Made by a program: the position numbers and the translations under genes. Below the pieces are notes generated by a model. The model did no database searches. It worked only from the letters and a program-made list of their open reading frames with translations, and had not been told where the DNA came from. DNA of 64,000 nucleotides from an uncultured Deinococcaceae bacterium (GTDB lineage: Bacteria; Deinococcota; Deinococci; Deinococcales; Deinococcaceae), in assembly GCA_964252075.1 (NCBI GenBank), contig CAXULY010000012.1, positions 1 through 64,000 of the forward strand. The letters are read 5' to 3'. This document shows positions 51,127-61,361 of the stretch, one piece after another. The first letter of the stretch is position 1. The number at the start of each line of letters is the position of its first letter.

Positions 51127-52269
51127 ATGCCCAGACTGTCCCCCCTGTTCTTCATTCCGGTGGCCGCCGCGATCGCGACGGTCCCCTTCGTCACCACGCC
51201 GCACCCGCAGGCCCAGGAGGCGCGCGGTCCCGCCGCGCAGGCCCAGCCGTCCCAGACGCAGCCGTGGACCGCACCGCAGGACACCCCGCGCTGGCGCGGC
51301 ACGCCGCAGGCCGCGCCACCCGCCGCGAGCCGCGCGCAGCCGGGCGCTGCGGGCGACCTGGAGGGGGTGTACCAGCGGGCGCTGGCGTCCGCCGTGCGCA
51401 TCAACGTGGGGAATTCCGGCATCGGGAGCGGCTTTTTCATCTCACCGGACGGCGCGCTCCTGACGGCAGCGCACGTGGTGCTGGGCGCGCCCGGCGAGCC
51501 CCTCACCGTGACCCTCAGTGACGGGCGCGAGCTGAGCGCGCACACCATCGGGTACGACGAGCAGCGGGACCTCGCGGTGCTGCAGGTGCAGGGCTCGGGC
51601 TTCCAGGCGCTGCCGCTCGCCGCGCAGGCGGCAGGCGTGGGGGACGCGACGGTCGCCATCGGGAACTCGCGCGGCGCTTTCGACGGCGGGCGCGCGGGGC
51701 GCGTGACGGGCCTGAACGCCAGCCTGGACGCCACCTTCCCGAACGGCCTCACGGCGTCCAGCATGCCGCTCGCGCCGGGCGATTCGGGCGGCCCGGTGCT
51801 GAACGCGCGCGGCGAGGTGGTGGGCGTGAGTGATGCGATCAGCGAGGTGAACGGGCAGTTCAGCAGTTACTTCGTGCCCGTCACGCGGTCGAGCGCCATC
51901 GTGGGGCAGTTGCAGGCGGGCCTGAAGCGCGGCGTGCCGGTGCTGGGCGTGAGCATCGCGGACGCGCGCGGCGCCCTGAACGAGCCGGGCGCGCTCATCA
52001 CGGGCGTGCAGTCCGGCCTGGGCGCGGCCCGCGCGGGCCTGCGCGCCGCGACCCTGCGCGAGTACCGCGACGAGAACGGCGAACTGAGCCAGCAGGTGAC
52101 GGACGCGGACGTGATTGTGGCGGTGGATGGCCGCGCGGTGCGGGCGCCGGAGGACCTCGTGGCGTACCTGCGCGCGAAGGCGGCGGGCGACACCGTGACG
52201 CTCAGCGTGCGGCGCGGCGCGCAGACCCTCTCGGTGCCCGTGCGGCTCTCCGCGAAGCAGGTGGCCTGA
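51127..52269 (+). CDS. HtrA/DegP-like S1C serine protease with PDZ domain
   Basis: GSGFFI, LTAAHVV, DLAVL, PGDSGGP, DVIVAVDG. Confidence 0.92.
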   Translation: MPRLSPLFFIPVAAAIATVPFVTTPHPQAQEARGPAAQAQPSQTQPWTAPQDTPRWRGTPQAAPPAASRAQPGAAGDLEGVYQRALASAVRINVGNSGIGSGFFISPDGALLTAAHVVLGAPGEPLTVTLSDGRELSAHTIGYDEQRDLAVLQVQGSGFQALPLAAQAAGVGDATVAIGNSRGAFDGGRAGRVTGLNASLDATFPNGLTASSMPLAPGDSGGPVLNARGEVVGVSDAISEVNGQFSSYFVPVTRSSAIVGQLQAGLKRGVPVLGVSIADARGALNEPGALITGVQSGLGAARAGLRAATLREYRDENGELSQQVTDADVIVAVDGRAVRAPEDLVAYLRAKAAGDTVTLSVRRGAQTLSVPVRLSAKQVA

Positions 52270-52270
52270 C

Positions 52271-52462
52271 ATGACGGGCGCGGAGCGCGCGTCCGGCCCG
52301 CGCTTCGACAAGTCTGGGGCGGTCCTGGTGCTGCTGGGCGTGTGCGCGGTGGTGGCGGCGCAGACGGCCCTGAAGGCCGTGGAGGCACAACCGCGCGGCG
52401 CGGGCCCCTGGGCGCACGCTGAGCAGACGCCGCAGTTCGACCGGCCCGGTGAGCGCCCATGA
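52271..52462 (+). CDS. small single-pass membrane protein
   Basis: Tightly coupled between flanking genes (ATGA overlap downstream); one hydrophobic helix. Confidence 0.55.
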   Translation: MTGAERASGPRFDKSGAVLVLLGVCAVVAAQTALKAVEAQPRGAGPWAHAEQTPQFDRPGERP

Positions 52463-53091
52463 CGGGCGGAGGGACGGCCCTGCGGCGCCTGCGGCCCAGC
52501 CGTGAGCACCTCGCGGACCTGCTGGGCGGCGCGCTGGTGGGGCTGGTGCTGCTGGCGTGGGTGGCGGCGTGGCGAGGGGCGCTGGGCGGGGCGTGGCCGC
52601 GCGTGCTGCTGGGGCAGAGCGGGCAGTTCGCGTACGTGCTGCTGGGCGCCGCCGCGGCGCTGGGGCCGCTGATCGGGACGCGCTTCCTGCCGCGCTGGCT
52701 GAACGCCGCCGTGAAGTCCGGCTGGCACGGCCTGCTGTCCGGCTTCGCGCTGACCTTGAGCGTCATTCATGGGCTGTTCGCGCTGGTGGGCGGGCGGGCC
52801 GTGCCGCTCGCGGGCGCGCTCGTGCCGGGCCTCGCGCCGCGCGAGACGCTGGCGGTGGGGGTGGGCACGGCGGCGCTGTGGCTGCTGGCCCTGGTGTACG
52901 TCACGTGGGCGCTGCGGCGCGCGCTGGGCCTGCGCGCCGCGCGCGCCCTGCACCTGCTGGCGTACCCGGCGTTCGTGCTGGCGACCCTGCACGGCCTGTG
53001 GCTCGGGCACGGCGGCGCGCAGTACGGCCTGCTGAGCGTCGCGGTGGGCCTCGCACTCGCCGCGCGGCTCGTGACGCTCGCCCGCCGCTAA
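52459..53091 (+). CDS. ferric reductase-like transmembrane (MsrQ-like cytochrome b) protein
   Basis: About 6 TM helices; two His pairs WHG...VIHG and LHLLAY...TLHG. Confidence 0.75.
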   Translation: MTGGGTALRRLRPSREHLADLLGGALVGLVLLAWVAAWRGALGGAWPRVLLGQSGQFAYVLLGAAAALGPLIGTRFLPRWLNAAVKSGWHGLLSGFALTLSVIHGLFALVGGRAVPLAGALVPGLAPRETLAVGVGTAALWLLALVYVTWALRRALGLRAARALHLLAYPAFVLATLHGLWLGHGGAQYGLLSVAVGLALAARLVTLARR

Positions 53092-53100
53092 CATACGGTC

Positions 53101-53763
53101 ATGCGCCTGCTGCTGGTCGAGGACGACCCCCGCATTGCCGAGCCGGTCGCGGAGACGCTGCGCGAGGCGGGGTACACCGTCACGCTCCGCACGGACGGCG
53201 AGTCCGGCCTGCAGGAGGCGCTGGCGGGCGCGTACCCGCTGATCGTGCTGGACGTGATGCTGCCCGGCCTGGACGGCTTCAGCGTCGCGCGGCGCCTGCG
53301 CGAGGCGGGCGAGGAGGGCGCCGTGCTGTTCCTCACGGCGCGCGGGGAACTCGCGGACCGCGTGGAGGGCCTGGATCTGGGCGGCGACGCGTACCTCGTG
53401 AAGCCCTTCGCGCCGCCCGAACTGCTCGCGACCCTGCGCGCCCTGTCGCGGCGCGGCGAGCGCGCGCGGGAGGCGCGCCTCGCGTTCGGCGGGGGTCGGG
53501 GGGTGCTGGACACCGCGAGCCGCACCGTGCACTGGGACGGCGCGGAGGTGGCCGTCACGGGCCGCGAGTACGCGCTGCTGGAGACCCTGGCGCTGGCGCG
53601 CGGGCGTTGGTTCGCGCGCGAGGAGCTGCTGGACCGCGTGTGGGGCCTGGATCACGCGGGCGAGGCGCGCATCGTGGACGTGTACGTGCGCTACCTGCGC
53701 CGCAAGACCGCGCCGGAGGCCGTCGCGAGCGAGCGGGGGCGCGGGTACCGGGTGGAGCCGTGA
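53101..53763 (+). CDS. OmpR-family response regulator
   Basis: [40 protein letters not shown]. Confidence 0.95.
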   Translation: MRLLLVEDDPRIAEPVAETLREAGYTVTLRTDGESGLQEALAGAYPLIVLDVMLPGLDGFSVARRLREAGEEGAVLFLTARGELADRVEGLDLGGDAYLVKPFAPPELLATLRALSRRGERAREARLAFGGGRGVLDTASRTVHWDGAEVAVTGREYALLETLALARGRWFAREELLDRVWGLDHAGEARIVDVYVRYLRRKTAPEAVASERGRGYRVEP

Positions 53764-55088
53764 GGGGCGCGCGCCTGCCGCCCGTGACCCTGCGCACGCG
53801 ACTGGCGCTCACGACGGCGCTGGCGTGCGCGCTGGCGGTGCTGCTGGTGGCGCTCGGGCTGTACTTCGCGGTGCAGCAGCTGCTGGAGAAGGCGCAGATC
53901 GGGCGGCTCGCGAGCGACGCGACGGTGCTCGCGGCGCGCGTGGAGCACGGCCTGAAGTACGGGCGCCTGGACCTCGACGACGTGCGCGGCGACAAGGTGG
54001 GGCCGGACGTGCTGCTGCGCGTGTCGGTGGATGGCGTGGTGGTGGCGGCCTCCCGGCAATTCCCGGAGGCGGTGCCGGTGCAGCTCGCGGGCGGCGCGTA
54101 CCGCCTGGGGGGGCGGTACGTGGTGGCGCGCCCGCTCGGGCCGGGCGGGCGGGTGTGCCTCACGCTGGTGAGCAGCAGCGACGTCGCGGATGACGCGCAG
54201 CGCGCCTTCGTGCGGGCGCTGGTGTTCCTGCTGCCGTTCGCGGTGCTGCTGGTGGCGCTGGTGGGGTGGCTGGTGGCGGGGCGGCTGCTGCGCCCGGTGG
54301 GGGCGCTGGAGCGCGCGGCGCGCGACATTGGGGAGAGCGGGGACCTCACGCGGCGCGTGCCGGGCGCCGCCGGGCGCGATGAGCTGTCGCGCCTCGCGGC
54401 GACCCTGCAGGGCGTGTTCCGGCAGCTGGCGCGCACGCGGGCGCGCGAACAGGAGTTCGTGCGGGCCGCGGCACACGACCTGCGCAGCCCGCTCGCGGCG
54501 CTGCAGGCGCGCGTGGCGCTGGCCCTGTCGCGCGAGCGCGACCCGGAGCGCTACCGCCGGGACCTCGCGGAGGTCGGCACGGACCTGGGGCGCCTCTCGC
54601 GCCTCGCGGAGCACCTGCTGCTGCTCGCGCGCAACCCGGACACCCTGAGCCTCGCGGCGCTGGACCTGCGGGCGCTCGCGGCGGAGGCCGTGGACCGCGC
54701 GCGCAGCGTCGAGCCGGACGCCTGGGTAGACCTGGAGGGCGTGCAGGTGAACGTGCGCGGCGACGCGGTGCTGCTCGGGCAGGCCGTGACGAACCTGCTG
54801 CAGAACGCCGCGCGGCACGCGGCGGGCGCGCCCGTGCAGGTGACGGTCGGGCGGGACGGACCGCAGGCGTACCTGCGCGTGCAGGACGCCGGGCCGGGCG
54901 TGGCGCCCGGCACGCTCGTGCGGCTGGGTGAGGCCTTCTACCGCCCAGACGCCGCGCGCGGCGGGCAGGGCTCCGGGCTGGGCCTCGCGATTGTGCGGCA
55001 CGTCGCGGACCTGCACGGGGGGCAGCTGGCGCTGGAGAGCGCGCCGGGCGCGGGCTTCACCGCGACCCTGAGCCTCCCGGCGGTGTGA
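53760..55088 (+). CDS. sensor histidine kinase (HAMP, HisKA, HATPase)
   Basis: Two TM helices, [32 protein letters not shown] overlap (alternative start 53784). Confidence 0.93.
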   Translation: MRGARLPPVTLRTRLALTTALACALAVLLVALGLYFAVQQLLEKAQIGRLASDATVLAARVEHGLKYGRLDLDDVRGDKVGPDVLLRVSVDGVVVAASRQFPEAVPVQLAGGAYRLGGRYVVARPLGPGGRVCLTLVSSSDVADDAQRAFVRALVFLLPFAVLLVALVGWLVAGRLLRPVGALERAARDIGESGDLTRRVPGAAGRDELSRLAATLQGVFRQLARTRAREQEFVRAAAHDLRSPLAALQARVALALSRERDPERYRRDLAEVGTDLGRLSRLAEHLLLLARNPDTLSLAALDLRALAAEAVDRARSVEPDAWVDLEGVQVNVRGDAVLLGQAVTNLLQNAARHAAGAPVQVTVGRDGPQAYLRVQDAGPGVAPGTLVRLGEAFYRPDAARGGQGSGLGLAIVRHVADLHGGQLALESAPGAGFTATLSLPAV

Positions 55089-55154
55089 GCTTCCGCATGT
55101 TGTTCGGGTGACCCACATCGGGAGGGGCGGCACCATCGGGTAGACTTGGCGGGT

Positions 55155-57677
55155 ATGAACGTCATCGGCAAGGTGACCGTGCTGCCCAAACTGCCCGAGG
55201 CGATCTCGCGGCTGGGCGAGCTGGCCTATAACCTCTACTGGTCCTGGACGCCCGAAGCCCAGGCGCTGTACGAAGTGCTCGATCCGGCGGTTTGGGAGCG
55301 CTTCCAGCACAATCCCATCCGCACCCTCCTCGAAGTGCCCCGCGCGCGCCTGGAGAGCGCCGCGAGCGACCCCGCCTACCTGCAGGCCTACGCGAAGGCC
55401 ATGGCGGCCTTCGACGCCTACATGCAAGAACCGAGCCCCTGGGCGAGCCGCAACGTCGCGGCGCTGAAGCCCATCGCGTACTTCAGCATGGAGTACGGCT
55501 TCCACGAGTCGTTGCCCATCTACTCCGGCGGTCTGGGCGTGCTCGCGGGCGACCACTGCAAGAGCGCCAGCGACCTCGGCCTGCCCTTCCAGGCGGTCGG
55601 CCTGCTGTTCCACCAGGGGTACTTCCGCCAGACCTTCTCCCGCGACGGCTGGCAGGAGGAAAGCTACGACGAACTCGACCTCACCACCCTCCCCATGCGA
55701 CCCGCGCGCACCCCGGACGGGCAGGAGGCGCGCTTCAGCATGCCGCTCGCGGGCCGCACCATCACGCTGCGCGTGTGGGAACTGCAGGTGGGGCGCATCA
55801 AGGTGTACCTGCTGGACAGCAACGTCCCCGAGAACAGCGAGGCGGACCGCGCGCTCACCGCGCGCCTGTACGGCGGCAACCAAGAACTGCGCATCCAGCA
55901 GTACCTGATCCTCGGAGTGGGTGGCGTGCGCGCCCTGCGCGTGCTGGGCCTGAACCCTGAGGTCTTCCACATGAACGAGGGGCACGCCGCGCTGCTCGGC
56001 CTGGAGCGCATCCGTGAACTCGTCGCGCAGGGCACCGACTTCCGCACGGCACTGGAGGCCGTCGCGAGCGGCACGCTGTTCACCACGCACACGCCCGTCG
56101 CGGCGGGCAACGACGCCTTCGCGCTCGACCTGATGGACCGCTTCCTGGGCGAGTGGCCGGGGCAGCTCGCCACCAGCCGCGACGAGCTGTACGCGCTGGC
56201 GCGGCAGGACCAGAACTGGAACAACCAGTGGGTGCCGACCTTCAGCATGACGGTCCTCGCGCTGAACCTCTCGCGCGCCGCGAACGGCGTGTCCGAACTG
56301 CACGGCGAGGTGAGCCGCCGCCTGTGGCAGTTCCTGTACCCCGGCCTGGAGGAACGCGAGGTGCCCATCGGGCACGTCACGAACGGCGCGCACACCCTCA
56401 CCTTCCTGGCGCAGCCGCTGCGCGACCTGTACGGCACGGCGCTCCCCGAGGACTGGACCGCCCGCATCGAGCAGAAGGACATGTGGCGCGCCATCGAGCA
56501 GATCCCCGACGACGCGCTCGCCGCCACGCAGCGCCGCCTCAAGGGCGACATGATCGCCTTCGTGCGCGAGCGCCTGCGCGCCCAGCTGGAACGCAACGGC
56601 GCGAGCGCCGCGGACCTCAAGGCGCTCGACAACGTGCTCAGCCCGGACGCCCTCACCATCGGCTTCGCGCGGCGCTTCGCGACGTACAAGCGCGCCACGC
56701 TGCTGTTCAGGGACCGCGCGCGCCTCGCGCGCATCGTGAACAACCCCGAGCGCCCCGTGCAGTTCGTGTTCGCGGGCAAGGCGCACCCCGCCGACAACCC
56801 CGGCAAGGCCTTCATTCAGGAGCTGTACCGCATGTCGCAGGAACCGGAGTTCCGCGGCAAGATCGTGATCCTCGAGAACTACGACATGAACGTCGCGCGC
56901 CACCTCGTGCAGGGCGTGGACGTGTGGCTGAACAACCCCCGCCGTCCGCTGGAGGCCAGCGGCACCAGCGGCATGAAGGCGTCCTTCAACGGCGCGCTGA
57001 ACTTCTCCATCCTGGACGGCTGGTGGCGCGAGGGCTACGACGGCACGAACGGCTGGGCCATCGGTGACGAACGCGAGTACGCCGATCTGAACATCCAGGA
57101 CGACGCGGACAGCTTCTCGCTGTACGAGACGCTGGAGAAGGACATCGCGCCGCTCTTCTACCGCCGCAACGACGCCGGGCACAACCACGAGTGGCTCTCG
57201 CGCGTGCGCCGCGCCATCGAGACCGTCACGCCCGAGTTCAGCATGCAGCGCCAGGTCATTGATTACGCCACGAAGTACTACCTGCCGCTCAGCGAGCGGC
57301 AGCAGGCGGTGCGCCAAGACGACCTCGCGCTCGCCCGCACGCTCGGCGGGTGGAAGGCCTGGATTCGCCAGCAGTGGCCGCACGCCAGCGTCACGGCGAG
57401 CGCGCAGCTGCCCGCCGCCGTGAACCCCGGCCAGACCGTCACGGTGCAGGCGCAGGTGCAGCCCGCCGGCATCCAGGAGCGCGAACTGCACGTGGAGGCG
57501 GTGCTGCGGCGCGGCGACGACCTCACGCGCGTGCCGCTCACCGCGCAGGGCGGCGGGCGCTACGAGGCGCTCATCCCGCTGAACGACAGCGGCCTGTACT
57601 CGGTGGGCGTGCGCATGTACCCCACCCGCCCGGAACTCGGGGGCGAGTTCGAGACGGGCCTCGCCAAGTGGGCCTGA
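55155..57677 (+). CDS. glgP: alpha-glucan (glycogen) phosphorylase
   Basis: YFSMEYG, YSGGLGVLAGD, HMNEGH, FARRFATYKR, EASGTSGMK. Confidence 0.96.
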   Translation: MNVIGKVTVLPKLPEAISRLGELAYNLYWSWTPEAQALYEVLDPAVWERFQHNPIRTLLEVPRARLESAASDPAYLQAYAKAMAAFDAYMQEPSPWASRNVAALKPIAYFSMEYGFHESLPIYSGGLGVLAGDHCKSASDLGLPFQAVGLLFHQGYFRQTFSRDGWQEESYDELDLTTLPMRPARTPDGQEARFSMPLAGRTITLRVWELQVGRIKVYLLDSNVPENSEADRALTARLYGGNQELRIQQYLILGVGGVRALRVLGLNPEVFHMNEGHAALLGLERIRELVAQGTDFRTALEAVASGTLFTTHTPVAAGNDAFALDLMDRFLGEWPGQLATSRDELYALARQDQNWNNQWVPTFSMTVLALNLSRAANGVSELHGEVSRRLWQFLYPGLEEREVPIGHVTNGAHTLTFLAQPLRDLYGTALPEDWTARIEQKDMWRAIEQIPDDALAATQRRLKGDMIAFVRERLRAQLERNGASAADLKALDNVLSPDALTIGFARRFATYKRATLLFRDRARLARIVNNPERPVQFVFAGKAHPADNPGKAFIQELYRMSQEPEFRGKIVILENYDMNVARHLVQGVDVWLNNPRRPLEASGTSGMKASFNGALNFSILDGWWREGYDGTNGWAIGDEREYADLNIQDDADSFSLYETLEKDIAPLFYRRNDAGHNHEWLSRVRRAIETVTPEFSMQRQVIDYATKYYLPLSERQQAVRQDDLALARTLGGWKAWIRQQWPHASVTASAQLPAAVNPGQTVTVQAQVQPAGIQERELHVEAVLRRGDDLTRVPLTAQGGGRYEALIPLNDSGLYSVGVRMYPTRPELGGEFETGLAKWA

Positions 57678-57762
57678 ACCACGCGTAGTGGGTGGGGCCG
57701 CAGCGCGCGCTGCGGCCCACTTGTCTTGCCCGTCCGGTCGCCCCGCGGCTGGACGCATTACC

Positions 57763-58653
57763 ATGACGGTCGTGGCCCGCTCGTCCGCCCTCCCCCGCCC
57801 GCCCCTGCCGCCCATCCCGGCGGCCCTGGCGGCCATGGTGTCCATTCAGGGCGGCGCGGCGCTCGCCAAGGGCCTGTTCGCGGTGGCGGGACCCCTCGGC
57901 ACCACGGGCCTGCGCGTGACGCTCGCGGCGGTCCTGCTGAGCCTCGTGAGCGTGCCCGCTCTGCGCGGCCTGCGCGCCGCACAGTGGCGGGCACTGCTGC
58001 CGTACGGCGTGGTGCTGGGCGTCATGAACCTCTGCTACTACGTGGCGCTCAGCCACCTGCCGCTCGCGCTGGCCGTCACTCTGGAGTTCGTGGGACCACT
58101 CGGCGTGGCGGTGCTGTCCAGCCGCCGCGCGCTGGACGTCCTGTGGGTGCTGCTCGCCGCGGCGGGCATCGCGCTCATCACGCCGTGGCAGGCGGGCAGC
58201 GACGTGAGCCTGCTCGGCGTGGCGTTCGCACTCGCGGCCGGGGTGTGCTGGGGACTGTACATCGTGCTGGGTCAGCGCGCGTCGAAGGCCGTGCAGGGCC
58301 GCGCGGCGGTCGCGGGCGGCATGCTGTTCGCGGCGGTTGTCGCGCTGCCCTTCGGGCTGTTCGCGGGCGGCGCGGCGCTCCTGAACCCCGCCGCGCTCGG
58401 CGTGGGCCTCCTGGTGGCGCTGCTGTCCAGCGCCCTCCCGTACAGCCTGGAGATGGCGGCGCTGCGCGCGCTGCCTGCCCGCACCTTCGGCGTGCTGATG
58501 AGCGTGGAGCCCGCATTCGCGGCCCTGATCGGCCTGATCTTCCTGCACGAGCAGCTGAGCACGTGGCAGTGGCTGGCGATCGCGTGCGTCATCACCGCGA
58601 GCGCCGGCAGCACCCTCGGCGCGAGAAACACCCCCGCCCCCGTCGAGGTGTGA
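57763..58653 (+). CDS. EamA/RhtA-like drug/metabolite transporter
   Basis: SIQGGAALAK, MNLCYY, TLEFVGPL, SSALPYSLE, LMSVEPA. Confidence 0.9.
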   Translation: MTVVARSSALPRPPLPPIPAALAAMVSIQGGAALAKGLFAVAGPLGTTGLRVTLAAVLLSLVSVPALRGLRAAQWRALLPYGVVLGVMNLCYYVALSHLPLALAVTLEFVGPLGVAVLSSRRALDVLWVLLAAAGIALITPWQAGSDVSLLGVAFALAAGVCWGLYIVLGQRASKAVQGRAAVAGGMLFAAVVALPFGLFAGGAALLNPAALGVGLLVALLSSALPYSLEMAALRALPARTFGVLMSVEPAFAALIGLIFLHEQLSTWQWLAIACVITASAGSTLGARNTPAPVEV

Positions 58654-58830
58654 ACAGCGCCAGCGTTCTCCCCGCCTTTCAGTGAGCCCAAGCCGCGCGA
58701 GGGCCGACCACAGGAAAGCTCGCCCGCGAATGCCCAGCAGCGCTTTCCATACAGCGAAGCGCCAAGCGACCAGGCTCGGCGCTGGGAGCGAATGAGCAAC
58801 CCAGCCACCTTTCCGGCCACCCATGCCCAG

Positions 58831-58883
58831 CGCACCCCCCAGCCCCCCTACCCCCAGAGGGGGCAGGGGGGCTGGGGGGTGCG
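58831..58883. repeat. 25-bp near-perfect inverted repeat (REP-like, G4-capable)
   Basis: CGCACCCCCCAGCCCCCCTACCCCC-AGA-GGGGGCAGGGGGGCTGGGGGGTGCG, one mismatch. Confidence 0.8.
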
Positions 58884-58912
58884 GGCCACCCGCGCCATGA
58901 AAGCCAGCCACC

Positions 58913-58941
58913 AAAAAAGACGCCAGCCAAATCGGCTGGCG
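58913..58941 (-). terminator. intrinsic terminator after the Rad52-family gene
   Basis: CGCCAGCC-N5-GGCTGGCG followed by a T6 tract on the minus strand. Confidence 0.75.
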
Positions 58942-58959
58942 CCCCAATAAACCTCGCTG

Positions 58960-59817
58960 TTAGTCTGCCGCCTGCTGCGACGCCGCTTCGAGCTGCTTCG
59001 CCGCGCGGTACACGGTGGCCGCCTCACCTTCCGTGAGCCCGGCGAGGCCCGTGACCTCGAAGCCGAGCACCTTGGTGGCGTAGTCGGCGTGGCTCATGCT
59101 GGCGTACTCGGTGGTGCGCAGCACGACGCCGAGTTGCTCGTGGAGTTTCACGGCGCGCTCCTCACCGATGGGTGGGGGGCCGTCCTCCGCGCAGCTCACG
59201 CCGGTGATGCCGTCCGGGTTGTAGCCGCTGACCTTGATGGCACCGAAGCGGGGGAGCTTCTCGGCGCGCGACAGGACCGCCTGCGTGAGCTGCGCGAGTT
59301 CCGCCTGTGCGTCGCGGGTGATGAACCACGTGGAGCCGTACTTCTCAACTTTCGCGCGGACCTGCGGGAAGCGGTACAGGAACGCGCCCACGCCGTACTG
59401 GACGGCGGCGCGTTTGAGGGCGTCGCTGTAGAGGTCCTTGGTGTCACTGTCCGGGCTGCGGCTGGGTTCGACGGTGCCGACGTCGCTGCGCGTCACGCCG
59501 CAGACGGTGAGTTTGCATTCCAGGGCGGGGAAGCCGACGGTGACGGGTGGGAGCACGTACTCGGTGCTCCAGGCGCCGGGCACCACGTCGTCGAGGTGGG
59601 CGGCGACGGTGCGGGCGTCGACGTACACGACGACCACGGCGTAGGCTTCACCCTGGCCTTCCTTGGGGTTGGCCTGGACCTTCCAGCGGATGTGTTCGGG
59701 CGCGAAGGGCTGGCGCAGGCGTTTGACCACCTCGGCGCTGAGGCTGTCCGGGGTGGCGCGCATGGGCCGCGGCGCGGGTCGGGCGGCCTTCTTCGGGGTG
59801 GCTGCATCGTCTGGCAT
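58960..59817 (-). CDS. Rad52/Rad22-family ssDNA annealing protein (DdrA-like)
   Basis: RLRQPF....I.WK, YVDAR.V...LD.V.P..W, LTV.GVTR.DVG, K...SDALKRAAVQYGVG.FLY; RBS GGAGG. Confidence 0.88.
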   Translation of the reverse strand: MPDDAATPKKAARPAPRPMRATPDSLSAEVVKRLRQPFAPEHIRWKVQANPKEGQGEAYAVVVVYVDARTVAAHLDDVVPGAWSTEYVLPPVTVGFPALECKLTVCGVTRSDVGTVEPSRSPDSDTKDLYSDALKRAAVQYGVGAFLYRFPQVRAKVEKYGSTWFITRDAQAELAQLTQAVLSRAEKLPRFGAIKVSGYNPDGITGVSCAEDGPPPIGEERAVKLHEQLGVVLRTTEYASMSHADYATKVLGFEVTGLAGLTEGEAATVYRAAKQLEAASQQAAD

Positions 59818-59834
59818 AGAAACCTCCGAAAACA

Positions 59835-59852
59835 ATTATACAAATAACAGAA
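59835..59852 (-). promoter_or_regulatory. RDRM (DdrO operator)-like site overlapping -10 TATAAT
   Basis: 17-bp TTCTGTTATTTGTATAA on the minus strand, about one mismatch to the Deinococcus RDRM consensus. Confidence 0.75.
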
Positions 59853-59930
59853 CGAGATTGCCAGTGGCGGCGGTCCTGCATGAAGGATGCATGCCGCTCC
59901 AGCCGAGCTTCACCCAGTTATGCTGACCGC

Positions 59931-61361
59931 ATGCCCGCCCCCCTGGACGCCCGCGTGATCGGCTCCGGCCCGAACGGCCTCGCAGCGGCGATCACGCTCG
60001 CCCGCGCGGGCCTCAAGGTGCAGGTATACGAGCGGCACGCGCAGGTGGGGGGCGGTCTGAGCAGCGGCGCGCTTACCCTGCCGGGCTTCATGCATGACCT
60101 GGGCTCGGCGGTGCACCCGCTCGGCGCGGCCTCCCCCGGGTTCCGCGAGTGGCCGTTGCACGCCTTCGGCCTGGACTGGGTGCATTCGCCCAGCACCTTC
60201 GCGCACCCGCTTGATGAAGGGGCGGTCCTCCAAGACCGCTCGCTGGACGTGACTGCCGCCGCGCTCGGGCCGGACGGCCCCACGTACCGGGACCTCGTGG
60301 GGCCGCTGCTGCCGCACTGGGCGGACCTGCTAAACGACATCCTGAGGCCCCTCGTGCGGGTGCCGCGCCACCCCTTCACCCTCGCGCGCTTCGGGCTGCG
60401 GGCGGTGCAGAGCGCCGCCCTGATCGCCACACGCTTCCGCACTGAACAGGCGCGCGCCCTGTGGGGCGGGGTGGCCGCGCACGCGGGCCTGAACCTGAGC
60501 ACACCCGCGAGTGCCGCGCCGGGCCTCGTGCTGCTGCTGATGGGGCACGCTGTGGGCTGGCCCTTCCCGCGCGGTGGGGCGGGCGCCTTCGCGGAGGCCC
60601 TGAGCGCCTACCTGACCTTCCTGGGCGGCGAGGTCGTGACGGGCGTGCAGGTGAACAGCTTGGACGCCCTGCCACCCGCACGCGTCACGCTGGTGGACAG
60701 TGGCCCGGCGGAACTCGCGCGATTGCTCGGCGGCCCCGCCGGTGACTTCATCACCCACCGCGCCCGCCACTACGGTTACGGTCCCGGCAGCTTCAAGCTG
60801 GACTACGCCCTGAGCGGCCCCATCCCCTGGCGTGACCCGCGCGTGGGCCGCGCCGCGACCGTCCACCTGGGCGGCACCTGGGAGGAGGTGGCGGGGGCCG
60901 AAGCGCGCGTGGCACGAGGCACAAGCGCGCCCTCCCCCTACGTACTGGTCACGCAGCCCAGCCTCTTCGACCCCACGCGCGCGCCCCCCGGGCAGCACAC
61001 CTTGTGGGCGTACACGCACGTCCCGAACGGCAGCGCCGGGGACGCCACCGCCGCCATCGAGCGGCAACTGGAGCGCTTCGCGCCCGGCTGGCGCGACCTC
61101 GTGCTCGCGCGGCACGCCACGGCCGCCCCGGCCCTGCAGGCCTTCAGCCCCACCTTCATGGGCGGCGACGTGAACGGCGGGTCATCCAGTCTGTGGGGCC
61201 TGCTCGCGCGCCCGTGGCCGAGCGTGACGCCCTACCGTTCGGGCGTGCCGGGCGTGTACCTGTGCTCCGCCAGCACGCCGCCGGGCGGGGGCGTGCACGG
61301 CATGGCGGGGCACCACGCGGCCCTCACGGCGCTGCGCGACCACTTTCCGGGCGCGCGTTAG
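59931..61361 (+). CDS. NAD(P)/FAD-dependent oxidoreductase (phytoene dehydrogenase-like)
   Basis: [37 protein letters not shown]. Confidence 0.92.
   Translation: MPAPLDARVIGSGPNGLAAAITLARAGLKVQVYERHAQVGGGLSSGALTLPGFMHDLGSAVHPLGAASPGFREWPLHAFGLDWVHSPSTFAHPLDEGAVLQDRSLDVTAAALGPDGPTYRDLVGPLLPHWADLLNDILRPLVRVPRHPFTLARFGLRAVQSAALIATRFRTEQARALWGGVAAHAGLNLSTPASAAPGLVLLLMGHAVGWPFPRGGAGAFAEALSAYLTFLGGEVVTGVQVNSLDALPPARVTLVDSGPAELARLLGGPAGDFITHRARHYGYGPGSFKLDYALSGPIPWRDPRVGRAATVHLGGTWEEVAGAEARVARGTSAPSPYVLVTQPSLFDPTRAPPGQHTLWAYTHVPNGSAGDATAAIERQLERFAPGWRDLVLARHATAAPALQAFSPTFMGGDVNGGSSSLWGLLARPWPSVTPYRSGVPGVYLCSASTPPGGGVHGMAGHHAALTALRDHFPGAR

Noticed and set aside
59931..61361. Carotenoid crtI assignment (also for 3090-4409)
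   Set aside because: Only general FAD-oxidoreductase motifs; no crt genes in the neighbourhood.
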